64,000 nt of DNA, taken from assembly GCA_031369985.1 (NCBI GenBank), contig JANMPU010000034.1, forward strand, positions 12,857 through 76,856. Reading direction: 5' to 3'. Made by a program: the position numbers and the translations under genes. Shown here in pieces: positions 25,341 through 35,421 of this stretch (positions within the stretch are counted from its first letter, which is position 1; every line of letters begins with the position of its first letter). The notes beneath the pieces were generated by a model. It ran no database searches and was not told the origin of the DNA. It saw nothing but the letters and a program-made list of their open reading frames with translations. This DNA is from Sphingomonas sp. GTDB lineage: Bacteria > Pseudomonadota > Alphaproteobacteria > Sphingomonadales > Sphingomonadaceae.

Positions 25341-26843
25341 ATGACCGACTGGACCGCCATCGAAGCGCTGCCCAAAACGCCGATCAAGGGTTTGTTTGCG
25401 GGCGAACCCGATCGTCTAGAGCGCTTTTCGCATACGCAATCGGGGATGTTGTTCGATTTTTCGAAGACGCATTTGTCGGCGGCGGCGCTGGCCATGTTTG
25501 AAACATTGGCCGGTGCGGCAGGGCTGGTGGCCAAACGTGACGACTTGTTCGCAGGGCGGATCGTCAACCCGAGCGAAGCCCGCGCTGCCGAACACACGGC
25601 CGAACGTGGTGAAGGAAGCCCAGAGAGTGTTGCAAGTGCGCGGGTGCTGCACAGCCGGATGCGCGCGCTGATCGACGCCATCGAAGCGGATGCCATGGGT
25701 CCAGTGCGCCATATCCTCCACGTCGGGATTGGTGGATCAGCGCTGGGGCCGGATTTGATTGTCGATGCGCTGGGCCGCGATGCAGGGCGTTATGACGTGA
25801 CGATTGTGTCGAATGTTGATGGGTGCGCGTTGGAGGAAGCGTTCGCGCGGTTTGATCCGTCGGCGACGTTGCTCGTCATTGCCTCAAAAACATTCACGAC
25901 GACCGAGACAATGCTCAACGCCGCTTCGGTTTTGCAGTGGATGGAAGAAGATGGTGTTGCCGACCCGATGGGTCACGTTATCGCGCTGACCGCCAATCCC
26001 GAGGCAGCGGTCGCATGGGGCGTTGATGAAACGCGGGTTCTCCCCTTTAATGAAGCAGTCGGTGGGCGTTATTCGCTTTGGTCCTCAATTGGCTTTCCGG
26101 CAGCGCTGGCGCTGGGGTGGGGTGACTTTGAGGAGTTGCTGGAGGGCGCAGCCGAGATGGACCGCCATTTCCGGCTTGCTGCTTTCCACGAAAACATGCC
26201 CGTCCTCGCAGCGTTTGTGGACCAGCTTTATGCACAACGCTGGGGCTGCGAAACGCGCGCGGTGTTTGCTTATGACGAGCGGTTGCGGCTGCTGCCCAGC
26301 TATTTGCAGCAACTTGAAATGGAATCGAATGGCAAATCGGTGACGCCGAACGGCACGCCGCTGGGTCGGCAAAGCGCGGCGATCACATGGGGCGGCGTGG
26401 GGACTGACGCGCAACATGCGGTGTTCCAGTTGCTGCATCAGGGGACCCGGATTGTGCCGGTCGAGTTCGTTGCGAGCATCGAAGCGGGCGACGTACTCGA
26501 CCCCGAACATCACCGCCAATTGCTATCGAACTGCTTTGCTCAAGGGGCAGCGTTAATGGCGGGGCGCGCGGCCGAGGATGGCAATCGCAACTATCCGGGG
26601 GATCGTCCGTCAACGACAATCCTGCTCGACGATCTCGACCCGCGCACAATGGGCGCGCTGATTGCTTTTTACGAGCATCGGACGTTTGTGAATGCGGTTC
26701 TGCTCGGCCTCAATCCGTTCGACCAATTCGGTGTCGAGCTGGGCAAGGATATGGCGAAGAAGCTGGACGACCCGGCGGCGCTTGCTGCCTTTGATCCGTC
26801 GACCCGCGCGCTGATGAAGAGGGCATTTGAACAGGGAGAGTGA
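25341..26843 (+). CDS. pgi: Glucose-6-phosphate isomerase
   Basis: 500 aa. Motifs GIGGSALGP, SKTFTTTET and LEMESNGK. Confidence 0.9.
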   Translation: MTDWTAIEALPKTPIKGLFAGEPDRLERFSHTQSGMLFDFSKTHLSAAALAMFETLAGAAGLVAKRDDLFAGRIVNPSEARAAEHTAERGEGSPESVASARVLHSRMRALIDAIEADAMGPVRHILHVGIGGSALGPDLIVDALGRDAGRYDVTIVSNVDGCALEEAFARFDPSATLLVIASKTFTTTETMLNAASVLQWMEEDGVADPMGHVIALTANPEAAVAWGVDETRVLPFNEAVGGRYSLWSSIGFPAALALGWGDFEELLEGAAEMDRHFRLAAFHENMPVLAAFVDQLYAQRWGCETRAVFAYDERLRLLPSYLQQLEMESNGKSVTPNGTPLGRQSAAITWGGVGTDAQHAVFQLLHQGTRIVPVEFVASIEAGDVLDPEHHRQLLSNCFAQGAALMAGRAAEDGNRNYPGDRPSTTILLDDLDPRTMGALIAFYEHRTFVNAVLLGLNPFDQFGVELGKDMAKKLDDPAALAAFDPSTRALMKRAFEQGE

Positions 26844-26844
26844 G

Positions 26845-28545
26845 ATGATCCGTCGACTTGGAATAGCCGGTGCAGTGGCGATGTTGCTGGCGAGCGCCGC
26901 GCCTGCTGCGGAGCCCGTTTATGATGTCATCATCAGCGGGGGCACGATTTACGACGGGTCGGGCGGCAAGCCTTATAACGGGTCAGTGGCGATCAAGGGC
27001 GGCAAAATCGTTGTCGTTGCGGGGCGGATTAAAGGCGGAGCGAAAACGACAGTCGATGCGACGGGGCTCGCGGTTGCGCCGGGCTTTATCAACATGCTCA
27101 GCTGGGCGACCGAATCGCTGATTGTTGATGGACGCAGCATGAGCGACATCAAACAGGGCGTGACAATGGAGGTGTTTGGCGAAGGCTGGTCGATGGGGCC
27201 GGTGACGCCGAAGATGAAGGCCGACGCGATCAAGGCGCAGAGCGACATTAAGTTCGATATCACTTGGACGACGCTCGGCGAATATCTCGACATGCTGACA
27301 GCGAAGGGCATTTCGCCGAACATCGCGAGCTATGTCGGCGCGACGACGGTGCGTATCCACGAACTTGGCGAAGGCGATATTGACCCGACGCCCGAGCAGT
27401 TGAAGCGAATGCAGGCGCTTGTGCGCGCGGCGATGAATGAAGGGGCGTTCGGGGTTGGGTCCAGCTTGATCTATGCACCCGCCAGCTTTGCCGAAACGCC
27501 CGAACTGATCGCGCTGACGAAGGCCGGGGCACCATGCGGCGGCGGCTATATTAGCCATATGCGGAGTGAGGGGGACCGCTTGGTCGAAGCGGTTGACGAG
27601 CTGATTGCGATTTCGCGGGCGTCGGGCGCGCGCGCCGAAATCTATCATCTGAAAGCGGCGGGCAAGGACAATTGGGGCAAGCTGCCGCTGGTGATTGAGC
27701 GCGTAGAGGCGGCGCGCAAGGCAGGGCTGAAGATCACCGCCAATATGTATACTTATACAGCCGGGGCGACGGGACTTGATGCCGCGATGCCGACTTGGGT
27801 TCAGGCAGGCGGCGATGAAGCGTGGTTCGCGCGGCTGAAGGATCCGGCGGTGCGCGCCAAAGTGATTGCCGAGATGAAGGTCAAGGGAAATGGCTGGGAG
27901 AATCTGTATTATAGCGCGGGCAGTCCCGAGAAATTGCTGTTCCTCTCGTTCAAAAACCCCAAGCTGAAGCCGCTGACGGGCAAGACGCTTGCCGAGGTGG
28001 CGGCGATGCGTGGCACATCGCCCGAAGATACGATCATTGATCTGGTGATCGAGGACGGCAGCCGCGTCGGCACGGCTTATTTCCTGATGGACGAAGCCAA
28101 TGTTGCCAAACAAACGGCGCTGCCGTGGATTAGCTTTGGGTCGGACGAAGCGAGCGAAGCGCCCGAAGGGGCGTTCCTGCTCTCCGCCTCGCACCCGCGG
28201 GCTTATGGGACGTTTGCGAGGTTCCTGGGCAAATATGCACGCGACGGGAAAACGGCGAACTTAGCAGAGGCGGTGCGTCGTTTGTCGGGGTTTCCGGCGA
28301 GCAATCTCGGCCTGAAGGATCGCGGGTTGTTGAAGGTGGGGTATCAGGCCGACCTCGCGATTTTTGACCCGGCCAAAATTGCCGACACCGCAACCTATGC
28401 GAACTCGAAAAGATATTCAGTTGGCATGCGACATGTGTTCGTGAACGGGGTTCAGGTGCTGAAGGATGGTGAGCATACCGGCGCGAAGCCGGGGCAAGTG
28501 GTGCGCGGGGCTGGGTGGAATAAGTGTCCGCCAATCGCCAAATGA
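26845..28545 (+). CDS. Secreted N-acyl-D-amino-acid deacylase (D-aminoacylase) family amidohydrolase
   Basis: Start refined to ATG 26845, giving a signal peptide. The N-terminal YDVIISGGTIYDGSG and overall amidohydrolase layout are typical of D-aminoacylases. Confidence 0.7.
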   Translation: MIRRLGIAGAVAMLLASAAPAAEPVYDVIISGGTIYDGSGGKPYNGSVAIKGGKIVVVAGRIKGGAKTTVDATGLAVAPGFINMLSWATESLIVDGRSMSDIKQGVTMEVFGEGWSMGPVTPKMKADAIKAQSDIKFDITWTTLGEYLDMLTAKGISPNIASYVGATTVRIHELGEGDIDPTPEQLKRMQALVRAAMNEGAFGVGSSLIYAPASFAETPELIALTKAGAPCGGGYISHMRSEGDRLVEAVDELIAISRASGARAEIYHLKAAGKDNWGKLPLVIERVEAARKAGLKITANMYTYTAGATGLDAAMPTWVQAGGDEAWFARLKDPAVRAKVIAEMKVKGNGWENLYYSAGSPEKLLFLSFKNPKLKPLTGKTLAEVAAMRGTSPEDTIIDLVIEDGSRVGTAYFLMDEANVAKQTALPWISFGSDEASEAPEGAFLLSASHPRAYGTFARFLGKYARDGKTANLAEAVRRLSGFPASNLGLKDRGLLKVGYQADLAIFDPAKIADTATYANSKRYSVGMRHVFVNGVQVLKDGEHTGAKPGQVVRGAGWNKCPPIAK

Positions 28546-28578
28546 CAACATGATGATGATTGCAATCCGGGGTGCCCA

Positions 28579-29925
28579 ATGACCAAATTTGACTATGACC
28601 TGTTCGTGATTGGTGCGGGGTCGGGCGGCGTGCGGGCGTCGCGCGTGTCGGCGGCGCATGGCGCGCGGGTGGCAATTGCGGAGGAGTACCGCGTTGGCGG
28701 CACCTGCGTCATCCGGGGCTGCGTGCCCAAAAAGCTGCTCGTTTATGGTGCGCATTTTGCCGAGGATTTGTCGGATGCGCGGCGTTTCGGCTGGAATGTG
28801 CCTGATTGCGATTTCGATTGGGCGACGTTGCGCGACAATGTTCTCGCCGAGGTTGACCGACTCGAGGGAATTTACGGCGAGACGCTGTCAAACCACAAAG
28901 TCGAAGTGGTCCGCGAACGCGCAGTGCTGACGGGACCGCATTCTGTGAAGCTGGCGAGCGGTCGTGAGGTAACAGCCGAGAAAATCCTGATCGCGACGGG
29001 CGGGTGGCCGGTGCGGTTGAACTTTCCGGGGGCGGAACATGCGATGACGTCGAATGAGGTTTTCCATCTGGAAAGCCTGCCCAAGCGCGTGTTGATTGCG
29101 GGCGGCGGCTATATCGCCAATGAATTTGCCGGGATTTTCAATAGCTTTGGGTCAAAGGTGACTATCGTCAATCGCGGGGATCAGATTCTGCGTGGTTATG
29201 ACGCGCAAATCCGGGATCGGCTGCTCCAGATTTCGATGACGAAAGGCATTGATTTCAAATTCAATGCGCCGTTTGAAAGCATCGAGAAGCAGGCGGAGGG
29301 CAGTTTGCTGGTGAAGTTGAAGGCGAATGACCCCTTTGTCGTTGATGCGGTCTTGTTCGCGGTCGGTCGGGTGCCGAACGTCAGTGGGCTTGGTTTGGAA
29401 GCGTTGGGCGTCGAGCAAACGGACAATGGCGCGGTGAAGGTGGATGCCGACAATCGTTCAAACGTGCAGAGCATCTTTGCCGTGGGTGATGTGACCGACC
29501 GCATTCAGCTGACCCCCGTGGCGATCCGCGAGGGGCAGGCCTTTGCCGACACGTTCTTTGGCGGGAAACCCACGCGGGTTGATTATGCCAATGTGCCGAC
29601 AGCCGTGTTCAGCCACCCGCCGATTGCCGCCGTTGGGATGACCGAAGCGGAAGCACGCAATAAGCTCGGGACGGTGCGGGCCTATACATCCGATTTCCGG
29701 CCGATGAAGAATGTGCTCGCCGGGCGGCATGAGCGGTCGCTTTACAAGATGGTGGTTGACGCCTCAAACGATGTCGTCGTTGGGCTGCACATGATCGGAC
29801 CGGATTCAGCAGAGATTTTGCAGGCCGCAGCGGTCGCAGTGAAAGCGGGTCTGACCAAGGCACAATTTGACGACACAGTGGCGCTGCACCCGTCGATGGC
29901 GGAGGAATTGGTGCTGCTCAAGTAA
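28579..29925 (+). CDS. gor: Glutathione-disulfide reductase
   Basis: FAD motif VIGAGSGGV, redox-active GGTCVIRGCVPKK, and a C-terminal dimerisation domain with HPSMAEEL. Confidence 0.9.
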   Translation: MTKFDYDLFVIGAGSGGVRASRVSAAHGARVAIAEEYRVGGTCVIRGCVPKKLLVYGAHFAEDLSDARRFGWNVPDCDFDWATLRDNVLAEVDRLEGIYGETLSNHKVEVVRERAVLTGPHSVKLASGREVTAEKILIATGGWPVRLNFPGAEHAMTSNEVFHLESLPKRVLIAGGGYIANEFAGIFNSFGSKVTIVNRGDQILRGYDAQIRDRLLQISMTKGIDFKFNAPFESIEKQAEGSLLVKLKANDPFVVDAVLFAVGRVPNVSGLGLEALGVEQTDNGAVKVDADNRSNVQSIFAVGDVTDRIQLTPVAIREGQAFADTFFGGKPTRVDYANVPTAVFSHPPIAAVGMTEAEARNKLGTVRAYTSDFRPMKNVLAGRHERSLYKMVVDASNDVVVGLHMIGPDSAEILQAAAVAVKAGLTKAQFDDTVALHPSMAEELVLLK

Positions 29926-29972
29926 GGCGCATCATTAAGCATTTATTGCGATTTTCCCGCTAATCCCGCGCA

Positions 29973-30365
29973 ATGCGGAAACGATCACCGCAGCGCGGTC
30001 GCGACCTGACGCCCGATCCGACGGAGCATTACACCCGGCTTGCCGATGAATTCGGTATGCCGCGTGGCGGGCGCTATACCGCCAGCGACGACGGTCGTCC
30101 AATGACCGGAGCGCGATTCTGGCTTCAACCCGTGACGCTGTTTATCCTCTCGCTGCTTGCACTTGTGGTCGTGGGTGGTGCGCAACTGTGGCGCATTGGC
30201 CTGTTCGATCCGATCTTTGGACCCAAGAGCGCGCAGACAGATAAGAGCTCAAAGCGCTGGATGGCCAATGGTCGGTCGGCGCGTCCGGCAGCGGATGTCG
30301 TCAACGTCGATGAGCCCGATATTGATCGCGGCCCGCCGCCCGAGGAAGACCCTACAGCTGAGTAG
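29973..30365 (+). CDS. Hypothetical single-pass membrane protein
   Basis: 130 aa with one TM helix (VTLFILSLLALVVVGG). No motif recognised. Confidence 0.4.
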   Translation: MRKRSPQRGRDLTPDPTEHYTRLADEFGMPRGGRYTASDDGRPMTGARFWLQPVTLFILSLLALVVVGGAQLWRIGLFDPIFGPKSAQTDKSSKRWMANGRSARPAADVVNVDEPDIDRGPPPEEDPTAE

Positions 30366-30367
30366 AG

Positions 30368-31579
30368 TCAGGCGCGTTCGATGATCGCGGCAATCCCCTG
30401 ACCCCCGCCAATGCACATTGTTTCGAGGCCGTAACGACCTTGTCTGCGGACAAGTTCATGCGTGAGGTTCGCCAAAATTCGACCCCCTGTCGCGCCAATG
30501 GGATGACCCAGCGAGATGCCCGATCCGTTGACGTTGAGGATGTCATGGCGGCTGTCATCCTCGCTCCAGCCCCAGCCTTTCAGGACAGCCAGCACTTGCG
30601 GGGCAAAGGCTTCATTGAGTTCGATCAGGTCAATGTCATTCCAGCCGAGACCGCTGCGCGCAAACAGGCGTTGGACAGCGGGAACGGGACCAATGCCCAT
30701 GCGCGATGGGTCGCAGCCCGCCGCTGCCCAGCTGTGGAACCAGGCAATGGGTTCGAGGCCGAGTTCATCCAGCTTGTCTTCCGCCACTATCAGGCAGGCG
30801 GCGGCGGCATCATTTTGCTGGCTCGCATTGCCTGCGGTTACAACGCCACCCTCGATGGGCGTGAGTGCGCCCAATGTTTCCATGCTGGCATCAGTCCGAT
30901 AGCCTTCGTCATGCGCGAACATCACCGGATCACCGCGCTTTTGTGGCACGGGAACGGGTACGATTTCGTCATCGAACAGTCCTTTTTCCCATGCGGCGGC
31001 AGCGCGTTGATGGCTCCGGACGGCATAGGCGTCGGCTTGTTCGCGGGTGATTGCATAGTCTCTGGCGAGGTTTTCCGCCGTCTCAATCATGCCGCTAATG
31101 ACCCCGAAGCGTTCGATGGGCTGCGACATGACGCGCCCGCGCGAGAGGCGGTCGTGGAGTGTCATCGATCCCATCTTCGTGCCGCGCCGGACGTCGGTTG
31201 TGTAATGCTCGACATTCGACATGCTCTCGACGCCACCCGCGATGACCACATCCGCTGCGCCGGTTTGCACCATCATCGCGGCGTCAATGATGGCTTGAAG
31301 GCCTGAACCGCATCGACGGTCGAGCTGGTAGCCCGGTACACTGATGGGCAGGCCCGCCGCCAGCAGCGACCAGCGGGCGATGCAAGGTGCCTCTCCATTC
31401 GAATAGCCTTGCGCGAAGACGACATCATCGATGCGTTCGGGGTCAATGCCGGTGCGATCAACGAGCGCGCGGATGATGACGGCACCGAGGTTGCCTGCGC
31501 TCATTGAGGCAAGCGAGCCCAAAAACTTGCCCACGGGCGTGCGGACGGGCGAAACAATGGCGGCGCGGCGCAGAGTCAT
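30368..31579 (-). CDS. Acetyl-CoA C-acetyltransferase (thiolase)
   Basis: Start refined to ATG 31579 (MTLRRAAIVSPVRTPVGKF), giving 403 aa. Thiolase motifs NEAFAPQ and CIGGGQGIA. The track ORF carries a 167-aa spurious 5' extension. Confidence 0.9.
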   Translation of the reverse strand: MTLRRAAIVSPVRTPVGKFLGSLASMSAGNLGAVIIRALVDRTGIDPERIDDVVFAQGYSNGEAPCIARWSLLAAGLPISVPGYQLDRRCGSGLQAIIDAAMMVQTGAADVVIAGGVESMSNVEHYTTDVRRGTKMGSMTLHDRLSRGRVMSQPIERFGVISGMIETAENLARDYAITREQADAYAVRSHQRAAAAWEKGLFDDEIVPVPVPQKRGDPVMFAHDEGYRTDASMETLGALTPIEGGVVTAGNASQQNDAAAACLIVAEDKLDELGLEPIAWFHSWAAAGCDPSRMGIGPVPAVQRLFARSGLGWNDIDLIELNEAFAPQVLAVLKGWGWSEDDSRHDILNVNGSGISLGHPIGATGGRILANLTHELVRRQGRYGLETMCIGGGQGIAAIIERA

Positions 31580-31662
31580 TCGGACGGTTCCTTTTCTGGT
31601 CAGGCGGATAGAAAGCAGGAGCCGCGCTGTCCATGCCTTCGCGCTTGACGAGGGGCGTGTAA

Positions 31663-31685
31663 ATTGTATGTCTAACGTACAAAAT
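31663..31685. promoter_or_regulatory. AT-rich operator-like palindrome (TTGTA-N9-TACAA), site 1 of 4
   Basis: ATTGTATGTCTAACGTACAAAAT in the thiolase/GST divergent intergenic region, 18 nt upstream of the GST start. Confidence 0.45.
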
Positions 31686-31702
31686 AATCGGAGAGCGGTG
31701 GC

Positions 31703-32515
31703 GTGGACGTGGTCCTCTATCATTGGGAACCCAATGCCAATTCGGGCAAGCCCATGCTCGCGCTCATGGAAAAGGGCGTGGTGTTCGAGAGCCGCTATCT
31801 CGACATGCTGCAATTCGACCAGCACAAGCCCGAATACCTCATGATCAATCCGCAAGGGACGATCCCGGCGATGACGCACGGAGATCAAATGCTCGTCGAG
31901 AGCACGGCGATCATGGAATATGTAAACGAGGCGTTTGCGGGGCCAGCGTTGATGCCTGAAAATGCGCGTGACCGCTGGCGCATCCGCTGGTGGATGAAGT
32001 TCATGGACCAGTGGCTGGCGCCGTCGTTTAGCATGTTCGGGTGGAAGTTTTTCGTGGGGCCAAATGCGCTGAAATCGCATGGCGAAGCGAAGTTGGAGGA
32101 AGCGATCAACCGCATCCCGCTGCCCGAACGGCAGATCGCGTGGCGCAAGGCGATCTATGGCTTGTTCACCGACGACGAGATGGCTGAAAGCGGGCGGCGG
32201 ATTGGCGTTGGTATCCAGATGCTCGAGGCCGAATTGAGCAAGCGCGAATGGCTGGCAAGCGATGGGTATTCACTGGCGGATGTGAACGGGTTCAATCTGG
32301 CTTATGCGATGCCCTTGTCGCAGCCGCATTTGGCGAATGATGACGTGACGCCGAACATCATGCGCTGGCTGCGCGCGATCTACCGGCGACCGGCGACGCG
32401 CGAATGCTGGAAGCTAGGGCGGACGCCAATGGCCGCTCGCGTCGAGATATTGGAACAGGATTACATTCCGCCACAGGATGAGTCCGAAGGCATCGCCAAG
32501 GGGATTTCGTCATGA
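31703..32515 (+). CDS. Glutathione S-transferase, LigE/LigF beta-etherase-like family
   Basis: GTG start after GGAGAG. N terminus LYHWEPNANSGKPMLALMEKGVVFE...INPQGTIPAM parallels my recollection of LigF (LYSFGPGANSLKPLATLYEKGLEFE...INPRGQVPAL). Confidence 0.65.
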   Translation: MDVVLYHWEPNANSGKPMLALMEKGVVFESRYLDMLQFDQHKPEYLMINPQGTIPAMTHGDQMLVESTAIMEYVNEAFAGPALMPENARDRWRIRWWMKFMDQWLAPSFSMFGWKFFVGPNALKSHGEAKLEEAINRIPLPERQIAWRKAIYGLFTDDEMAESGRRIGVGIQMLEAELSKREWLASDGYSLADVNGFNLAYAMPLSQPHLANDDVTPNIMRWLRAIYRRPATRECWKLGRTPMAARVEILEQDYIPPQDESEGIAKGISS

Positions 32516-33255
32516 TCCTGTATCATGGCGAGCCGAACGGGCCTTCGCTGGCCGTGCTAACGGCGTTGTTTGAATCAGGCGTTGAAGCCGAGTTGCGGCG
32601 GATTGATTTGGTGGCGGGGGACCGGCACGGGTTGCCGGGGCTGAGCGAGCCGGTGGCGCGCGACATGAGTGTCGAAGGCGAAGGGCCAGTTCTGGTTATC
32701 GATGGCGAGGCGATGACCGAAAGCGTGTTTATTGCCCAGTTTCTGGACGAAATTGGTTCGGGTGTGCTTCAACCAAAGGATGCCTATGCGCATTGGCAGA
32801 TGCTGATGTGGTGCCGACGCATTACCGAGCGTTGTGCGCCGGCGGCAGCGTATTTGGCGTGCAAGGCCTATGCGAAGATTGGTGAACTCCCAACGATTGT
32901 GAGTGAGGATTTGCGGGCGCGCTGGGCGCAGATTGCGGCGGGTGATTTTCCCGAGGCGGCGACGGCGGACAGCGAGACCAAGGTTCGCGATGCGGCGCAA
33001 CTGGTTGAGGATCAACTGGCCGATGGACGTGATTGGTTGATGGGTGATTTGAGCATCGCCGACTTTGAAACCTATGGCTGGTTGGCGGGGATGGTCGATG
33101 TGGTTCCCGATGCTTTTGCTGACCGGCCGAAGCTGGCGGCGTGGCTGGCGCGGGTGAAGGCGCGGCCCTCGGTTGCGCGTGCATTATCACTTGCGAGCGG
33201 GGGCGATCCGGCACAATCTTGGGCACCGGGACCGGAAATCAATCGCTGGGGATAA
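32512..33255 (+). CDS. Glutathione S-transferase family protein
   Basis: 247 aa. N terminus ILYHGEPNGPSLAVLTALFESGVEAE. ATGA overlap with the upstream GST. Confidence 0.6.
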   Translation: MILYHGEPNGPSLAVLTALFESGVEAELRRIDLVAGDRHGLPGLSEPVARDMSVEGEGPVLVIDGEAMTESVFIAQFLDEIGSGVLQPKDAYAHWQMLMWCRRITERCAPAAAYLACKAYAKIGELPTIVSEDLRARWAQIAAGDFPEAATADSETKVRDAAQLVEDQLADGRDWLMGDLSIADFETYGWLAGMVDVVPDAFADRPKLAAWLARVKARPSVARALSLASGGDPAQSWAPGPEINRWG

Positions 33256-33263
33256 CCGGCGGG

Positions 33264-35402
33264 ATGGAGAGTAAGATGCGGAAGTCATTGGGTGTCGCGC
33301 TGGGCGTATTGGCGTTGGTCAGCTGCAAACCGGCGATGGAAAGCGGTGGGATTGACGCGGCGGCGCTGCTGAACGCGGGCGCGAATACTGCAAACTGGAT
33401 CAGCTATGGCCGGACCTATGACGAACAACGCTTTTCGCCGCTGGATCAGGTCAATGCGGGCAATGTAAAAAATCTGGGCCTCGCTTGGTTTGCTGACATG
33501 GACACGGCGCGCGGGCAGGAAGCGACGCCGATTGTCATCGACGGTATGATCTATATCACGACGGCGTGGTCAAAGGTAAAGGCCTATGACGGCGCCACGG
33601 GCAAGCTGGCGTGGGAATATGACCCGAAGGTTCCGGGCGAAGCGGCAGTCAACGCGTGCTGTGATGTTGTCAACCGTGGCCTCGCGGCATGGGGCGATAG
33701 GTTGTTTTTCGGGACGCTTGACGGGCGGTTGATCGCGTTGGATCGTGCGACCGGCAAAGAAGTCTGGTCGAAAGTCACTGTCGACCAGTCGAAGCCCTAC
33801 ACAATCACCGGCGCACCGCGTGTGATTGATGGCAAAGTCATCATCGGCAACGGGGGCGCGGAACTGGGCGTGCGGGGCTATGTCACGGCGTATGACGCGG
33901 CGGATGGCAAGGAATTGTGGCGTTTCTACACGGTGCCCGACAAACCCGGCGCGAACGAAGCCAAGCATCTGAAAGCCGCCGAAGCCACGTGGAAAGGCGA
34001 ATATTGGTCGCAGGGCGGCGGCGGGACCGTGTGGGACGCGATGGCCTATGACCCCGAGCTTGACCTGCTTTACATCGGCGTCGGCAATGGGTCGCCGTGG
34101 AACCAAGCCTATCGCTCGCCGGGCGGGGGCGACAATCTATACATCTCGTCAATCGTCGCGATCCGGCCCAAGACGGGGGAATATGTCTGGCATTACCAGA
34201 CGACGCCGGGCGAGACTTGGGATTACACCGCGACGCAGCACATTATGCTTGCCGACCTCAACATCGACGGGAAGCCGCGCAAAGTGTTGATGCAGGCGCC
34301 GAAGAACGGGTTCTTCTATGTGCTCGACCGTGCGACCGGGAAGCTGATTTCGGCGAAGAATTTTGTGCCGGTCAATTGGGCGACCGGGATCGACATGAAG
34401 ACTGGTCGTCCCATCGAGAATCCGGCATCTCGATATGACAAGACCGGCGTCCCCTTTGTATCGATGCCGGGGCCGGCGGGCGGCCATAACTGGCACCCGA
34501 TGGCGTTCGATCCGAAAACCAGCCTTGTCTTCATACCAGCAATCGAAGCAGCGTTTCCCTACATCCCCGAAGCGAACTGGAAAAAGTCGGACGTCAGCTA
34601 CAACACGGGCGTTGATTTCGCGGCCGGTTCAATGCCGCCGGTTCCCGCTGTGCGGGCGGGTGCGATTGCGGGGACGAAAGGCGCGCTGATCGCGTGGGAT
34701 CCCATCGCACAGAAAGAACGCTGGCGGGTGCAGTATAAGGGGCCGAATAATGGCGGCGTCCTTGCTACTGGCGGCGGGTTGGTCTTTCAGGGGAGTGCCG
34801 TTGGTGATTTCGCGGCGTTCGACGCGGCGAACGGCACCAAGCTATGGTCCACGCCCGCGCAGACTGGTATTGTTGCGCCACCTGTGACTTACAGCATCAG
34901 GGGCGAGCAATATGTCGCGGTGCTTGCCGGATGGGGTGGGTCATGGGCCTTGTCACCCGCCGGGATGCTCGCCGAGATTTCGGGGCCAGTGCGCAACATA
35001 TCGCGCTTGCTGGTCTTCAAGATCGGCGGCACTGCGAAATTGCCGCCAATGCCTTCGCTTGCCAAAATGCCGCTCGATCCGCCGGTGGTGAAGGGCACGA
35101 CCGTTCAGATTGTCGAGGGCGGCAAACATTATGCGCGATATTGTGGCGTTTGCCACGGTGATGCCGCTTATGGCAGCACGGTGCTGCCCGATTTGCGGCG
35201 TAGCGGCGTGATTGCCGATGCAAAGAACTGGCAGATGATTGTCCATGACGGCGCGCTCAAAGCCAATGGGATGATTGGCTGGTCCAAAGTGCTGAACAGC
35301 GCGCAGATAGAGAGCATCCGCCATTATGTCATCAAGCGCGCGAACGAGGACAAAGCCCTCGAACTTGCTGCCGCGAAACCCATCAAAACCGCTAGCCGAT
35401 AA
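33264..35402 (+). CDS. PQQ-dependent quinohaemoprotein alcohol dehydrogenase
   Basis: Start refined to ATG 33264. Has a signal/lipoprotein-like leader, PQQ beta-propeller W-repeats, and a C-terminal cytochrome c domain with CGVCHG. Confidence 0.85.
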   Translation: MESKMRKSLGVALGVLALVSCKPAMESGGIDAAALLNAGANTANWISYGRTYDEQRFSPLDQVNAGNVKNLGLAWFADMDTARGQEATPIVIDGMIYITTAWSKVKAYDGATGKLAWEYDPKVPGEAAVNACCDVVNRGLAAWGDRLFFGTLDGRLIALDRATGKEVWSKVTVDQSKPYTITGAPRVIDGKVIIGNGGAELGVRGYVTAYDAADGKELWRFYTVPDKPGANEAKHLKAAEATWKGEYWSQGGGGTVWDAMAYDPELDLLYIGVGNGSPWNQAYRSPGGGDNLYISSIVAIRPKTGEYVWHYQTTPGETWDYTATQHIMLADLNIDGKPRKVLMQAPKNGFFYVLDRATGKLISAKNFVPVNWATGIDMKTGRPIENPASRYDKTGVPFVSMPGPAGGHNWHPMAFDPKTSLVFIPAIEAAFPYIPEANWKKSDVSYNTGVDFAAGSMPPVPAVRAGAIAGTKGALIAWDPIAQKERWRVQYKGPNNGGVLATGGGLVFQGSAVGDFAAFDAANGTKLWSTPAQTGIVAPPVTYSIRGEQYVAVLAGWGGSWALSPAGMLAEISGPVRNISRLLVFKIGGTAKLPPMPSLAKMPLDPPVVKGTTVQIVEGGKHYARYCGVCHGDAAYGSTVLPDLRRSGVIADAKNWQMIVHDGALKANGMIGWSKVLNSAQIESIRHYVIKRANEDKALELAAAKPIKTASR

Positions 35403-35421
35403 ACCCAAGAGGATTTTTCCG

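Noticed and set aside
26983-28194. 403-aa minus-strand ORF opposite the D-aminoacylase gene. Similar long antisense ORFs occur at 56242-57669, 35542-36669, 39591-40532, 60577-61425, 58906-59766 and 42326-43063.
   Set aside because: They are Arg/Pro/His-rich, low-complexity translations lying fully inside well-supported genes on the other strand. These are typical shadow ORFs of high-GC DNA.
30368-32080. Long 5' extensions of track ORFs: thiolase to 32080, PQQ-ADH from 33141, ALDH from 35326, MFS from 43931 and 47874, LSD to 51873, cobB from 20914, mobA from 57690.
   Set aside because: The extensions overlap neighbouring genes or intergenic promoters and lack family-like sequence. Internal starts with an RBS or 4-nt coupling give proteins of canonical length.
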